Shown here: positions 62,110-64,000 of the stretch, piece by piece
How positions within the stretch are numbered: position 1 is the first letter of the stretch
How the letters are laid out: each line of letters starts with the position of its first letter
Program-made: the position numbers and the translations under genes
Assembly: GCA_965153285.1 (NCBI GenBank)
Contig: OZ229120.1
Source of the DNA: Podarcis tiliguerta
Taxonomy: Eukaryota
Direction: 5' to 3' (one strand)
DNA length: 64,000 nt
The notes under the pieces: model-generated
The model's database searches: none
What the model saw: the letters and a program-made list of their open reading frames with translations, nothing else
What the model was told of the DNA's origin: nothing

Positions 62110-62420
62110 GGAGGTTCAGCTGATCAGGACAAGAGAAAAAGCCTCCTTGGTGGTTCCACCCAAACAATGGAAATCTTTTGCTCCCGTGAGTCTTGGTTGG
62201 CTCTGTCCTTTTCTGTGTTTCACCTGATAACAAAGACTATTGTTACTGGGTAGATGGTTATATATCTGATGTCAGTTTCATCAATTGAACCTGCCTCTTT
62301 TAGCATTGTTATTTTTACAGAATGTTAAAATTGCATTTTATAATTGGTTTTAATAGTTAGAGGGCAGCCCAAGCACTGTGTAGGCACTCAAATGGGGTGG
62401 TATATAAAGCCCTATGTAGA
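62110..62420 (+). mobile_element. L2 3' fragment
   Basis: gagaaaaagcctccttggtggttccacccaaacaatggaaatct motif and tail. Confidence 0.45.
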
Positions 62421-64000
62421 TAAATCTCTGAATGTAGTGGGCCACATTTCTAACTGGCACTTCATCTGTCAAGGGACCAAGCTCTGCTCCCCACCCAGCT
62501 TATCCAAATCTACAGCATATTTTCCAGTGATCACTATTTACTGTGCTGTAAATTATTTACACAGCTTCTGCTGGAGAAGAGGGACACTCCAGGGAAGATC
62601 CACCTGCCTCTCTTGAGCAGAGTTGATGAGAAATCATAACTACCACACCTGGAATTGAGCTCTGCTCATCGCTCAGCCTCCTCTGCAGCATCTCTTTAAG
62701 AAATAAAACATTTAATAGGTGGCTGTGTGCAAAACACACTGTCATTCGAATGACTTTCTGGACCGGCTGGGCATGGTGTTGTATGGGTGTGATGGTTTTC
62801 TTTTCACTGACTGTAAATATGCCAGTTTGACAACTGAGAAAGGATTATATGCCTAAGGAGCGTGTGCACCCTGTCTGCTGGCAAAGTTCCTTCCTATAGC
62901 AGCAGCTTCCCTACACATGCCTGCCAAAATCAACCCGCTTGCTGCCAAGTGATCTGTATTTAGCCCTAAACTTTACTCCTAAGGCATACATTTTATAAAG
63001 CCCTAATCTGCAACTCAAGCAACTACTGTGGCATCAAGACAAGAACAAAAGAAAGAGGAAGAAGAAATGTAAGCAAACAGAAAATAAGGAGCAACGGGCA
63101 GGTTGCTGTTGCCACTTTCACACACAAATATAATTCATTAGGTAGTGCCCCATTTTGCCAATTTATATTGAAAGTTAATTTATTGGCTGCTCTTTACTAT
63201 AAATTAGCATTCAATATAAAATAAAATTTTGAATTTCCTACATACTTGGACTTTTGAAGAAAGTTCTATTTACTACTTTTAAGTACATATTATAATATTG
63301 TTATTGCACCAAACTATGCAAACATCTATGGAATGTGTAGGATTAAACAATGGGAAGGGGGAATTCAACCAATCAGCAATATCACAACGTCAGCTGCTAG
63401 CTTTTATCCTCAGAAGAAAATGAGCTTTTCAATGTACTATTACTTCTAATGTGTTAGTTGATACATTGTAGTTGAATGCACTAGCACTGCTACATTTCAG
63501 AAAGCAGAGAAAAATTGTTAATCCAATTGTTTCTTAGTTACTGACCACTCCTTGAGACCATTTGGCACCATGTATTTTAAATGCATCATACAAAATCCAT
63601 ATCTGCTCAATGGATTTCACCATCCACGGTGGAAATGAGGCAAAAGCAGCTGGTTCTTCCTACCATTAATCCATGGACCAGGGTCAGTCAGTAAAATGCC
63701 ACCAAACTATCAATATCAATTGCAGCCAACTCAACTTTAATCTCCATCAAAGGGAGTCAACTTACCATTTGACAATAACTTCTTTCTTTTCTTAGTATGG
63801 AAATATGAGAATCCCCTAAACAGTGGAAAGACGAACCTTACACTCACTTATAAGGAACAAAGCACATTTCACATAGGAGTGACAAGGCTAAACAGGATTC
63901 TCATTACATCATTCATAGAACTTTTCGGAGGAATCTCATTCCATTCTTCCGACTACCATACTTCTTTTAATAGCTTACAAGCACACACACATTCTTGGCG

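Noticed and set aside
1-64000. Most ORFs in the supplied six-frame track as independent genes
   Set aside because: They are short, often start at non-ATG codons and show no recognisable domains. The meaningful ones are PAM exons with intronic extensions or LINE remnants.
48273-64000. PAM exon 1 or promoter
   Set aside because: No CpG island or convincing first exon is visible; it probably lies beyond the window. A small non-coding exon cannot be excluded by eye.

Overview
Eukaryotic (vertebrate) genomic DNA, most likely from a lacertid lizard, inferred from the Sauria/Squam1-type SINE and other squamate-type repeats. The whole window lies inside the PAM gene (peptidylglycine alpha-amidating monooxygenase) on the minus strand. 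I reconstructed 14 consecutive GT-AG coding exons by hand (47839 down to 1556; 1483 coding nt, about 494 aa) that splice into one open frame. They encode the signal peptide, the FRSPLSVFKR propeptide, the complete PHM catalytic core (CuH H103/H104/H168, CuM H238/H240/M310, all 10 Cys), the HGHH linker and the cassette 'exon A'. The promoter and exon 1 are probably beyond the right edge; the PAL, transmembrane and cytosolic exons lie beyond the left edge. Introns carry palindromic hAT MITEs, Tc1/mariner-type MITEs, SINEs and CR1/L2/L1 fragments. Almost all entries in the supplied ORF track are spurious. I found no clearly new biological system. The best leads are: (1) a candidate intronic poly(A) site right after exon A that would give a soluble PHM-only enzyme; (2) a uORF-loaded first coding exon with a possible bypass acceptor; (3) a pre-miRNA-shaped perfect hairpin inside a MITE; (4) co-varying arms across a palindromic MITE family. 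Exon numbers follow the human convention from memory, and repeat family names are pattern-based, not database hits.
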